Assembly (NCBI GenBank): GCA_965603825.1
Contig: CBFDEM010000033.1
Location: 682,001 to 746,000 of the forward strand
Direction of reading: 5' to 3'
DNA: 64,000 bases
From: Blepharisma stoltei ATCC 30299
Taxonomy: Eukaryota > Protista > Ciliophora
The notes below the pieces were generated by a model. The model had not been told where the DNA came from. It did no database searches and was given only the letters and a program-made list of their open reading frames with translations. How positions within the stretch are numbered: the first letter of the stretch is position 1; the number at the start of each line of letters is the position of its first letter. A program made the translations under genes and the position numbers. Shown here piece by piece: positions 13,150-24,720 of the stretch.

Positions 13150-15351
13150 ATGAAAGTCATAGTCAGGTATGCAGAAACAGGGCAAGAATTTGAATTGGCC
13201 ATAAGCGAAGAAAGAGCTATAGAAGAAATTCAAGAAGTTTTATATTCTTCAGTAGGCGTCCAGCCTGAATTTCAAATATTACTATCAGAAGATGGTGTCA
13301 GCTTAAAAGACAAAAAGTCTAATCTTCAGCCTAATGCTATTATATACGCTTTTTCTAAAGAAGCTATTAAAAAAGACAAACTCCCTATAAATCTTGACAT
13401 AAATCCTCTTAAAAACACAATTGGGCCTTGTCTCCAAGGTGAAGAAAGAGGAGTCTTAATATTAGAAAGAAAACTTCATAAGCTAGCCGAAAGGGCTATC
13501 AAGCTAACAGATTTAATTTCCTCAGCAAATGAATTTAAGTATAGGATCGAAAAAGAAATAAATATCTGTGAAAATTCAGCTGGAGTTCTCGAAATTTATC
13601 ACAATAAATATATCCAAACCCAAATCCTTTCTTATCGGCAATTATACAATAGATTTGAAAATCATTTTAACGCTACCCAAGAAGAATTAAATTTATTCGA
13701 CAAAAATGTTAACAAACTAGAACAAATTGAGCTTCATCCGTCTCTGCAAAAACCTGAGCGCAAATGCTTAAGTGATATTTTGGATCTCCAGCAGCTAACT
13801 AAATGAAAAGAACAGTTTTACTCTGAAATTATCAGGCTGCAAGCCAAATTTTTAGAGGTAAATGGCGGAATGGATCAATTGGCAGAAAATTTCAAAATAA
13901 ATATAATACAGCCATTTATTCATCCAGATATCCCTGAACTTAATGCAGCTTCAGCAGAAAATGCAATAAATTTGTATAGAGAGTATCGAGATTTATCAGC
14001 AAAATATATAGCTGATGGAGATGCGTCAGCTGGGGAAAGGCTTCATGAAGAGGAATGAGAAAGCAAAGCCAAAAATGCAGAAAATGAAGTAGCGGAGCTT
14101 GAAAGGAACAGTTTTATGATAGAACAGTTTTTAAATAACTTGAAACAAGCTAGAAAGCAAGCTGCTGACCTTATTTTGGCAATTTTGAAACAGGTAACAA
14201 CGATGTCAATAAAAATTAGAGACAGCGTCAAAAGTCAGGTTAATATGCTTTCGTCTCTATTAAAAAGATCAGAAAAGAGGCTTGGGTTCGTAAAAGTTCC
14301 ACGACTGTTACCAGAAGCTTATAATGCAAGTCTAATTGAAGTTTCAAGGCGAAGATTGTTTGTAAAAAAAGCTAATGAGCTACAGCAACAGCTAAATAAA
14401 ATAGCCGAAATAGAAATTTCAGAACGACTGAATTTTTTGAACAAATACCGTCACGTTTTGCCTAATGATTTTGTATCCCAGCTAAGCGCAGCTCCATGTG
14501 TAAGAATAGTTTCATTTATGAATGAGCCTGACTTGCAGCTGCCTGAAATTGATATTTCAATTGACGATTTTCCTCACATGCATCTTTATTCATCAGAATC
14601 ATTTGATGAAAAGCTGTCACAAAAATATGAAAACGCTGTAAATGATTTAAATAACCTAAATCAAGAAATAGAAAATTATAAAAAGCGAGAAGAAGCCCTT
14701 AGAAATGAACTTGAAAATAATAAAGATGCCATTGCCAAATTAACTGCAAACTTAAAAGCAAAAGAAAAAGTAATAAGGGACACTGATAAAGGGCTATTTG
14801 ACTTAAAAGAATATCTAAAAGGGATCACCAAAGAAAATGCCGTTTTGAAGCAGCAAGTGGCTGCGCAGACCAAAAAAGCGTTAGACTTAGCAAATGCAGA
14901 GCAGCAGCTACAAGAAAATATCCAAAAATTGCAGGCTGAAATTAAAGAAAAAAGCAATGAGCCTTATATAAAAATTTTGCAAGAACTTGGAATATCATGT
15001 GAAACGCCAGCTGCCTTAAAAAATTTTGTTGCAAAATTACAGCTGGACTTAGAGTTTGAAAGAAATAAAAGCTCTTCAATGATTTCTTTTACAAGCTTTA
15101 GTGAAGGCTCTATGGCACTGTTCTTTCCAAGCCCTGAAGGGCATTTTATTGCGTTTAATTTCAACTGTCCGAACCATTTTTTAGATTTGGACTCTTTAGC
15201 TCCAGCAACCCTACAATCATTATCCCAGCAACCATTTTTAGTTGGAAATATTAAAGAAAAGAAAATCTTCCGGGCGCTTGCTCAAAATCCATTTTCATTG
15301 CCAAGAGATACTGAATACTCCTTGCTTTCGATCCAAGAAATGCCATTATAA
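13150..15351 (+). CDS. ATG11: ATG11/RB1CC1(FIP200)-like autophagy scaffold (~733 aa)
   Basis: Three in-frame ORFs are joined by 2 TGA. It has a ubiquitin-like N-terminus, a YxxxLxEVSRRR motif, a coiled coil, and a C-terminal ISFTSFSEGSMALFFP (Atg11 claw-like) segment. Confidence 0.75.
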
Positions 15352-15562
15352 GTTATGATTAACCGCAATATTTATTAAAATAACACATTTCTTTTATTTT
15401 TCCTTATAAAATAATAATATTTATGAGTTTTAATAAGATTTATTAGAAAGTGCCATTTCGGTCAATAAGAATAAAGATTTGCATAAAAATTATTTCCTTA
15501 TTAAAATACTTACAAAAAGTTTTAAAATAAAACTAACATGGTAATAATCAATAATCCAAACA

Positions 15563-17333
15563 ATGATAAACTGGTTTACTTGGATTAGCCTTACAATTGT
15601 ATTTATTTTCACTGGATTTATCATATATTTCTATGCTTCAAAAGGTACACCTATGTACGTTTACGTTTTTGTATATTTGGGATACGTTTTACCATTTGGA
15701 TTGGTCGCTTTGATCCCTTATGATATTTACCTTGTAAACAATAGCTAGGCTATAGCTGAAAAAACTCCAGAAATAAAAGGACAACAAGATATTTTATTTA
15801 TTGTTTGGCGCGTTGTTTATTGAACTGTATTTGTGCTATGCTGGTATTTTTAAAATTAGACTGATACTTCCTGTCATTCAAGAATATGAAATGGCTGGGG
15901 AATTTTCCTTTATGCCAAGGCTGAGGACTGCAATTTATCGTCATTTTAGAAGTTTATTTCTTGAAGCTATAGCAGGGCTTATATGCTTGATTTACCTTTT
16001 AGTAGAAAATGAACTTACTATGTAAAATCTATATAGCGATTCTTTGCCTATTTTTTTAATTGTGTTAAGCAACTGCTGGGGGTTATTTTTAGTCATAGTT
16101 TTGCTGGGATATGGTTTAGTTGCAATTCCGAAGTCATTTTGGTACGCGGGAAAAAGCTCTGATTATTTGAAATATCTATATGTAAAAGCAACGATTTTGG
16201 ATGAAGGAATTATTGAAGTAAAGTATAAACTTGATGATATTATACGCCTAGTAAATACAGCTTCATATAAAATCCAAGAAAATTCCACTTTACAGCGGCC
16301 TCTTGATATACTATTATCTATATGCCCACTTGAAATGCTTGAACATCACCGCACAATGCAAACCCATGAATCAAGGGATTCCACTGAACAATTAGGAACT
16401 TTAAATGAAAAAAGATTAATAGAGCTGCATAAAGAACTAAAGAAAACAATTTCTGAATATAAAAGGTCAAACTGCAGATGGGGTCAGCTTGTAGACGAAA
16501 CATTATTATTAGAAGATATTATCGCGTCTCATAATAGTCAAGAAAAAATAATAAAATCTTCAGTTACTTCAGAGAAATCAGGACTCTTCTCTATAAAACG
16601 AGAAAAATCTGAATGGTTATGACTTACACGAGTAAAGCCATTTTTATGCAGAATTTTAGGAATATTCTTTACATTTATGAGTATTTTAGTAATTCTTGGA
16701 GAGACAACTTTATTTTTAAAATACCCAATAGGCCTCTTTCCAATAATGTTTGAAGAAGATTATGGTATTATTGAAACACAATTGCTTTGCTTGCTGCCAC
16801 TTCTATATATTTTACTCTGCACAAAATTTGGGTTATTTAATTTGAAATTGCCTGGCTGGTATGGCCTTTATCCTCACAACCAAACAGACTCAAGTAGTAT
16901 GGCGTGGAGTGCTTTTTATTTGGCAAGACTTACAGCCCCACTTTCCTATAATTTTTTGTTATTTTTAAAAATAGAAAACACTGTTTTTATTAATTTCATG
17001 AAAATCATTGACATTGTGCCAGTAGTGGGAAAACAGTTTTCTACCTTTTTCCCATTGATTTTAATTGTTTTTTGCGCTATGAATTATTTTAATATTTATG
17101 GGAAATTTTTAAACGCGCTTGGCATGAACCAATTAAGTTTTTCTGGGACATATTGCGAAGAAAAACTTAAAGAAGGACTCCAGTTAATGCAAAGAGCAAG
17201 ATCGGAAAGAGAAAGAAATATGGGGATACAAAGCATCAAAGCAAGGGAAGGAATTTTGAATTATCAAATGACGAAAATTGAATCGACCAGAACAGATCCT
17301 AGGAGACCAAATTTAAAAAATGGATATTTTTAA
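15563..17333 (+). CDS. LMBR1-family multi-pass membrane protein (LMBRD2-like), 3 introns, ~574 aa
   Basis: After removing introns 15734-15748, 15844-15859 and 16022-16036 and reading TGA as W: LIPYDI, WRVVYWTVFVLCWLILPVIQEY, SNCWGLFL..LLGYGLVAIPK, RLTAPLSYNF. Confidence 0.88.
15734..15748 (+). other. 15-nt spliceosomal intron
   Basis: GTAAACAATAGCTAG; A at position 10; removes an in-frame TAG. Confidence 0.85.
15844..15859 (+). other. 16-nt spliceosomal intron splitting a TG|A Trp codon
   Basis: GTATTTTTAAAATTAG; removal restores the frame and the conserved W-L-I-L-P. Confidence 0.85.
16022..16036 (+). other. 15-nt spliceosomal intron
   Basis: GTAAAATCTATATAG; removes an in-frame TAA. Confidence 0.85.
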
Positions 17334-17342
17334 TATAATGAA

Positions 17343-18872
17343 CTAAGGCATAGAAAGCTGAAATTGGACGTCTTCTTCGGATTCACTGTCAGTTTGGCTT
17401 TTTTGTTTGAGTAAATTAAGCTCGATAAGTTTGTCTTTGGCAGCTTTGGATTCAGGGGATTTTGATACTAAAGCAACCATTTCTTTTAATTTTTCTTTTT
17501 CTATCATAGCTTGAATTGCTCCATCTCTATATGAGATTTACCGTATTTTTTCTTTGAGTAATTCTCTTTCTTGTTTAAGCTCGTCAATTTTATGGCTTCT
17601 TTCGAGCTGTCTTTCGAGCATTTGAAATTTTTTAAAATTCTAAATAAATTTTACAAATTTTCTATTTGCACGTTGGACTTTTGTTGTACTGTCTTCGTCT
17701 TTAAGCCTTTGCAGCTCATGTCTTAAAGTAACTTCTTTTCTTCAGTCATCTTCTTTTTGCTCTATATTTTTCTGAGATGAAGCTAATTTTTGCTCAATCA
17801 TTTTTAATCTATTGTTATATTCACTTTCTTCACTTTTCAGCCTTAAATATGCTTGTTTTTTTCTTTCCCTCATTAATTCTTTTTTCGATTTAGATTTTTG
17901 TTCTAAAGCTCTCTTAATGCTTTCTTTTCTTTCATCTACTTCTTGTTGCCTTTCAATTATTTCTAAGACTTTGTCAACTTCATTATTTTTTTTGTGTTTT
18001 TCGAGATTAAGATTTACTGTACTCCAATGTTTTCTCATTGACTGAGTTTTTTCTTTTTTCTTATTGATTTCTTTTAGATATTTTTCATCAGATTTTTTGT
18101 ATTTTTCTTCAATGGAAGACAGCTGATATCTTATAAAATTTTCATTGTCTCTTATATTGCCTTCTTTTGATTTTTTTATTTTTTTCTGCTTTTCTTTAAG
18201 CATTTCATCATTTTTCCTTGCAAGATTTTTCTTCATTTCTTCATATTCTTTTTCTCTTTTAATATGTTCCATCATACTTTTGTTGATATTCTCATCTAAG
18301 GTTTTCTGATATATTTTTTGAGAATTTAGTGAATCTTTGAATTTTTCTTTTTGGATTTCTTTGAGTTCTTGAAGTCTTTTTTTGAACTTTTCTGATCTTT
18401 CTTTTAAGGCTCTTTCAACTCCTCTTTCAGTTTGTGATTTATCCTCATTGTATTTTTTAGCTTTTTCTAATGCTTGCAAAGTGTCAACTAATATTTGTTT
18501 ATGTTTTTTCTTAAGCCTATCCAATCTATTTTCTTCAATTTTCATAATACTTTCAATATTTGGGCTGGATAAGTTTGAATACAAAGAAGTATTTTTTGAA
18601 AGAAATTCACTATTAATTGAGTTTGCACTATTAATTGCACTCATACGTCTATTTCTTAACTCTGCACGAATTCTCCTAACTGTGTCTTTAACTTTCCTAT
18701 TATAATAATCATATCTCAATTTCACAATTTCTGGGCTTACTCTTGGAGCTTGAAAATCCTCTATATTTCTGAATAAAATTTACTTCAAAACAAGCTCATT
18801 GTCATCAATCCCAAAATCATTCATTACATCCTTAACTTTTTGGTTTGTAATGTCTATTGCATAGTTACTCAT
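17343..18872 (-). CDS. Lys/Glu-rich coiled-coil protein of unknown function, 3 introns, ~494 aa
   Basis: ATG at 18872; introns 18769-18783, 17640-17654 and 17527-17541; one TGA(Trp) at 17742-17744; TAG at 17343-17345. The frame closes exactly. Confidence 0.75.
17527..17541 (-). other. 15-nt spliceosomal intron
   Basis: GTAAATCTCATATAG on the minus strand; removes an in-frame TAA. Confidence 0.8.
17640..17654 (-). other. 15-nt spliceosomal intron
   Basis: GTAAAATTTATTTAG on the minus strand; removes an in-frame TAG. Confidence 0.8.
18769..18783 (-). other. 15-nt spliceosomal intron
   Basis: GTAAATTTTATTCAG on the minus strand; removes an in-frame TAA. Confidence 0.8.
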
Positions 18873-19153
18873 TTTATTACAGATTATATAAATTTGCAAC
18901 GTTTTATTAATTTAACCTTTAATAGAAGAATTAACGTGTATTCTCTAAAATAAATCGTTAAAATACAGCTATCAATTTATTTTGCATAATATTTTATTAG
19001 TCTAAAAGCGATTATTCACAACTTTGTAAAATATAATCATAATATATTTAAAGCTAGATATACCCTATAAATATAGGTGCTATTTCTTTCACCTCTCCTA
19101 AATTTAAATATAATTCATTCTCTAATAATCAATAAATCCCTAGAGAATTAAAT

Positions 19154-19849
19154 ATGTCTGACACATTAGAACTCCTCAAAGTCAAAGAACAAGAACTTTT
19201 CCAATTAAAAAACGATTTTTCCGAGTATCAAGAGATGAGTAAAACCCTTGAAGAAGAAATAGAGCGAGAGCTTGAAATACAAATTAAATTAAATTCAGAA
19301 CTTTCAAAAGAAAATGAAGCATTAAAAGACGCCCTTGATAAACTCAAAGTAAATTTCATATAGACCGAACAATATGAAAAGATTAAAGAGATTGAAAAAA
19401 ATAATAATAAACTGAAGGATGAATTGTATAGACTTCAGGAACGAATTAAAACTTTAATGAAAAATAACAAAGATTTAGAAACAGAGCTAGACACTGTAAT
19501 AGGAAAATTACGAGAAAAAGATTTCGAAATTAACGAGTTAACAAATAGTTATCATCAAACTCTTGAAGATTTAGCGATAACTTGTGCAGAATTTGAAAAT
19601 CTTAAAGATTATAGTAAAGAAAATACGCAGAGGCTTAAAGATCAACTGAATGAGCTAAGTCAAGAGCTTGATAATGCAAGAAGGAAAACAGAAAATATAC
19701 GAAATCGTGGCTTAAACGTTGATAATAAAATTTTGCAGCCAAGCTTGAAATCTTCAATAGTTGGGAAGAGTGCATTAGGTATGGTAGAGATGCTGCTTAG
19801 CGACTTAAATGGAAAATTTGTTCGAAGTAATACGGAGGCTAAAATATAA
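19154..19849 (+). CDS. NudE/NDE1/NDEL1-like coiled-coil dynein regulator, 1 intron, ~226 aa
   Basis: N-terminal FSEYQEMSKTLEEEIERELE resembles NDE1 EFQEGSRELEAELE. C-terminal SALGMVEMLL resembles NudE SALNIVGDLL. Intron at 19349-19363. Confidence 0.7.
19349..19363 (+). other. 15-nt spliceosomal intron
   Basis: GTAAATTTCATATAG; removes an in-frame TAG. Confidence 0.85.
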
Positions 19850-21067
19850 AGTTTAATTAATTTTTATTGATCTATGTGAATTATTTTCTCTTAATTTATG
19901 AAGATTCATAAAATTCATCTTTAGCTATTTATATTTTTGATTTTCTCTTGAATTATATTTGGGATATTCATGTGATATGGATGAATCCAATTTTCATTTG
20001 GCTTTGAACATGAGCCGTAAAAGTAAGAAATCATTAAAAATAGTTATATTATAATTGATGATTAGGTAAAACTTTATAACTATATAATGAATGAATCAAA
20101 TCGTGAAAACCCTTCAAACGTAAGTGCAACAAATTTAGAGCATATATGGCTTCTTAAGCAAGTGATATCAGAATAAATGTCTTAATTGAAATTCTGATAT
20201 TTTAAACAAATATGGACGTATAAATTATTAATATATGAATTTAAGATAAGTATCACCATTTTTATCAGATTCACTCTCATCCCTATCCCTATTTCATTTT
20301 TCCTTCTTTTAAGTGTGTGTAATATGGCTTTTTTAATTGATCATAAAACCCTTTCATATTCATTATTATTTCTAGCATAGCATTCCAAGCTATAAAGTTT
20401 ACTATAAATTAATATAGATTCCAATAGACATCAGCATTTTTTTCAAAATCAAGAAATTATGGTAAATTCCTTAATGATATTTAATTTCTTTTTTACAAGT
20501 ATAAGCATTATATAGGCATCATGAATATTGCAGCACTTGAACTATTAATAAATAGGAATTCACATACCAAAATAATTAATTTGCATTCTAGGAAATAAAA
20601 AATTGAGATAGTTTAGAGGCGAAAGAATTTTATTTAAATTAAGTTGTTTATATTAATTCATAAAATTTTTACCTTAGTTTTGTAAGTTTCTTTAAAGTAT
20701 CTGTCTTCATAATAATTCACTGATTTTAAATTCAAATTCTTCTTAAACAGAATTATTAGTTAAAAATATAAAAGTTATTATTAGCTATTAAGCAAAACTT
20801 CAAAAAATTTATTATTAATATGGTGTTTAATAAAATATTAATAATAACACACTTTCTCACCCACAAAACGATTATTAGTTTTATATAAAAATTAAAGAAG
20901 ATAAGCAGTTATTTTTAAATTTAGCTGATTTGAGAAGAAACTCATAAAATACTAGTAATTTTTTATATTATATTTTTCTTTGCTAATATTCCAATTTTCC
21001 TTAAAATAAATAGGAATTGATTTACTATTAGACATTTTAATGGCAAGCTAAATAAGTTTATAATAAA

Positions 21068-21527
21068 ATGAAGGTCTACTTTGATATTTTTAGCAATGAT
21101 CAAGTGCTATCTGACTCCTATCCTATCGGCATTGAGCATGATGGCGCAGTTCTTAGCGTAGCCTCAAGATGAATTTTTATAGAAAACGAGCATGGTATTG
21201 GCCGTGGGGACGAGTCCCGTGGATAGAACAAGAGACTGTGGAGAATACAATTTGTGTCATCATTGATATTATCTCTGCTTTCAATCTTCAAGAAGTGTCA
21301 GTCAGCAAAAAGGATTAGAAGAAAATAACCCAAGCAGAGTTGCAGCTTTCATGGCACGAGCTTCAACTTTCGTCAGAAGAGTGGTTGAAAGCTTTGGAGC
21401 ATTTAAGTTCTACATCGGACACAGTCATGATCTAACTGCTGGGGTGATTGCTTCATATTACAAAGAAGCAGATCCAGCTCCATACTTACTTTATATTAGT
21501 GATGGATTGAGAGAAGAGAGGTTTTAA
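21068..21527 (+). pseudogene. TPT1: TCTP (translationally controlled tumour protein) pseudogene with two frame disruptions
   Basis: Three frames: MKVYFDIFSNDQVLSDSYP..(TAG 21224), ..VIIDIISAFNLQEVSVSKKD(TAG 21316), and LEENNPSRVAAFM..FKFYIG..YYKE..PYLLYISDGLREERF(TAA 21525). The helix normally found between KKD and LEE is missing. Confidence 0.8.
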
Positions 21528-21831
21528 TAAAAAAAAATCAGATGTTTGAAGTATATTGCATTATATTTTGATAATTAGTTTTTTTTTTGCATTGTGAGAG
21601 GCATTAATTATAATAATGCCAAGCTCAGTAAAGAACAACAAAACATTATAGATATTCCTGTGGAAAATTTTTATTATTTATCAGCCATATGGATAACTTA
21701 AATATATTTGCAGCCCTTTTAATCAAAATAAAAAATCCAAAAAAATTGTTTAAGAATTAGATTTAATTAATTAAAAATTAAGCTTCTACCTGAAAATTTA
21801 ATAAATAAAGTATTTTTAAAAAAACATTAAA

Positions 21832-24120
21832 TTAAATTTTTAATTCAGACTTCCACGATTTCAATAATTGGCAATTCAACAACTCTCGAGCGTTTGGCCT
21901 ATTCTTTGGATTCAAAGAAGTCATAAGCCTTACCAACTCGCTTTCTATCGGATAATCTTTTTTAAACCCCTCTGGAATTTCTCCACATTCTCTGATTTTT
22001 TTCAAAATACTAATTTTTTCGTGAAATGTCCCAAATTTAAAATAAAGTTCTAACAAAATAATTCCAATAGGAAAAATATCAGCTTTATGGTTGTATTTAT
22101 GAGTATGCTCCTGCTCAGGGGCTAAATACAAAGGAGTCCCGATATTCGATGAAAGCTCCTGCATGTCCAGGTAGCTTTGGCTTGATTTTTCTGACTGTTC
22201 AAGGGCAGTCGCCAAATTAAAGTCTCCGATTTTTACGTTATTTCCTCCATCTAGAAAAATATTTGCAGGCTTTAAATCTCGATGAATAATGCCTTTGTCG
22301 TGAATGTGCTTAATTCCTTTAAGTATTTGGGTTAAGATATTGTAATTAACTTTTCGGTCTATTACCCTTTTATCGTTTTCTAGGAAGCCTTGCAGAGACA
22401 TCCCACTGCAATATTCCATTTGGATGTGAAGAAGCACGCTCATGTATTTTTCATCTAAAAAAGACGAAATTTCTGATGACATGTCAGAGCTTAATGCATA
22501 TCGTGAACTATCTGAGCCTTCATCTTCTTCTTGGATTTTATTTAGCTCTCTTTCAGCCCAGCATGTAATATACTGCACTAAATATTTAGAATGCAGCTTT
22601 TTAAGCAAATTCACTTCAGCAAAAAGCCGATGCCGAGTAATACTCTGACTTATCCCAATTTTCATTTTTACAATCTTAATAGCATATAGCTGCCCATCAA
22701 GCTTATGCTTGGCTAAATGTACAGAGCTGAATCCTCCATAGCCAAGAATATTTTGAAATTCGAATTTTCTGTTATAATTCCCATCATCAAGCACATCAAT
22801 CAATTCTTTGAACTCTCCATTTTTCTGAGGAAGCCGCGTCACAGAAATTCTTTTTTTGCTTCTTTGAGGTGAATCCCAGTACTCTTTTACCCCAAGCTCA
22901 TCTTCGCTGCTGCTTTCGTCTTCAATTATGCTTTTCTTTATTTCTTTAATTGGGTCTTGGGAAATTTCCATGTCTGAGTCTGTAAGGTTTTCAAACTCCC
23001 TTAATGTAAGGATCGCTTTATGCTTATAATTAGCCTCCATTTCAATAGGACTATTTAGTATTTCCTTGTTAATTTCAAAGGGAGTTATTATTTTCCTATT
23101 GAACTCAAAGTAATTTTTTTCTGGAGCCGATACATGAGTTTTTGCTATTGGAGATATCGACTCAACGCTGAATTTTAGCTTGAGTAGCTCAACGTTTTCA
23201 GTTTCAGGTATTATTATTGGCAAAACGCCTTCTGTAAATGAATCTGAAAGGTTTGGAAAATGAGGCTTAATTTGGCAGTCAATTGGATCTTCTGATGAAG
23301 ATCTTGAAGATGGGCACGATGATATCTGGCTTTTTCTCCCAAGTAAAAATCCTAAAGAAGCCGCTAATATAATCATAGCCAAAATTCCTAAATTATCGTT
23401 GCAAAGCTCTATTAAGTCACAAAGGACGCTGCAAAAAATTTGGAATGCTTTCGATGGATTGTAATAATTTGACAAATGGTGCTTAAAATACTCAAACAGC
23501 CGCTGCTTTAGAGAGTTTTCTTCTTTTATATCAAGCTTAAAATTCCAAGTATCAGAAATTTTTTTTCTGTCTATTGTATAAAAACAATATGAATTTTCCT
23601 CTTTTGAAGTATATTGAGAATAAGTGATATTCCATTTATACTCGCCTGAAGATTTTTCCAAGCTTACAATGGAAAAGTCGTCTCTCTCAAAAAGCATTTG
23701 GTCTTCTTGATTTGGACTTTCGATGTTTTGAGCATTAATTATATTTTTATGAATAAACCCAATAATAAATAAATTTGAAAATCCATATGAATAACCGCTC
23801 AGGTCAAAAGGCTTTGTATCCCTAGCAAGCTCTCAAATTGTTTTTTGGAGAGAAATTTTCAAGTTTGACGACTTTTCCATATAGAATAAAGTCCCATCAA
23901 AATCAGCCCCCAGTGTGAAAAACGGATCATAGTCCTCAACACTATAAGTCTTTTTATCATCAGAAATTCAGTCTTCTATTATAGGTCTTTTTAAGTTGCC
24001 TACCAGCTCATTTGATACTTTAAAGTCATAGACAGCCAGAGAAGACCTTGGTGAATTCATGCTTGAAACAAAGCTAGAAGCAAAAAGCAGCAGTTGAAGT
24101 AAAAGCAATCTTTGCACCAT
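21832..24120 (-). CDS. Transmembrane eIF2-alpha kinase, PERK-like (~762 aa)
   Basis: Signal peptide MVQRLLLLQLLLFASS, 2 TGA(Trp), a luminal segment ERDDFSIVSLEKSSGEYKWN, and TM LGILAMIILAASLGFLLG. The kinase has LGYGGF, YAIK, an acidic insert, LHIQMEYC, HRDLKPANIF and GTPLYLAPEQ. Confidence 0.85.
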
Positions 24121-24427
24121 GTTCGTGCTATATCTTAGTTTATAAACATCTCGAAAATAAAGCATAATTATTACTAAGAATAAAATTAGAAGCTTTTTGT
24201 CGGTGAAGCTGGGGTTTGAATGGACATTGATATCAGAAATCAAAAATGAATATAAGAATTTCGAGGAAGAATGTGGAAATTTATAGGGTTTTGATGATGG
24301 TTAGAGTAATATGAATTCTTAATGCAATTTTTTCAGCCTTATGGTCAAGGCGAGTGGGTGAGAGAACAGTTGAGATTAGGTCTGATATATATGTTCGGGT
24401 AGAGTTTGACTAAGTTCCTGTGGTTGG

Positions 24428-24720
24428 AAAAAAGTAGTATAGACTTCACCGCTATAAGAGGGGCTATGGCCTGGGCCCAAGGATTAATTCTTTTTGCTGC
24501 AGCTGATAAGGGCAGACACCTAGCGACTTTGAATCAAGCTACTCTTCAATCTCCAGATGAGGACAAAAGTTTATCGTCTGCCCACTTAGCACTGAAGCTG
24601 AAAGTCAATGAGAGCGCTCTAAGCATACGACACTCCGGATTCTATAGTATCAGTGTCCGGAAGAAGAGCAAGGCCACCCAATTCAAAGCGGATGAACCCT
24701 AAAGGGTCCTTGATGACTAC
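24428..24720 (-). ncRNA. Candidate structured non-coding RNA, family unassigned
   Basis: GC-enriched island with several nested stems, G-U pairs that work only on the minus strand, an 8-nt loop-loop complementarity and a terminal T6 run. No recognisable protein. See findings. Confidence 0.45.

Noticed and set aside
24292-24385. Possible C/D snoRNA (TGATGA...CTGA)
   Set aside because: No terminal stem and no rRNA-complementary guide that I can recognise; such short boxes occur by chance.
24645-24675. TCAGTGTCCGGAAGAAGAGCA resembling SRP helix 8, and ACCCAATTCA resembling RNase P CR-V
   Set aside because: The stem pairing and remaining conserved elements do not fit, and both are on the strand disfavoured by G-U pairs.
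24406-24702. 98-aa + strand ORF
   Set aside because: TTG start, no recognisable protein pattern, and better explained by the GC-rich structured element.
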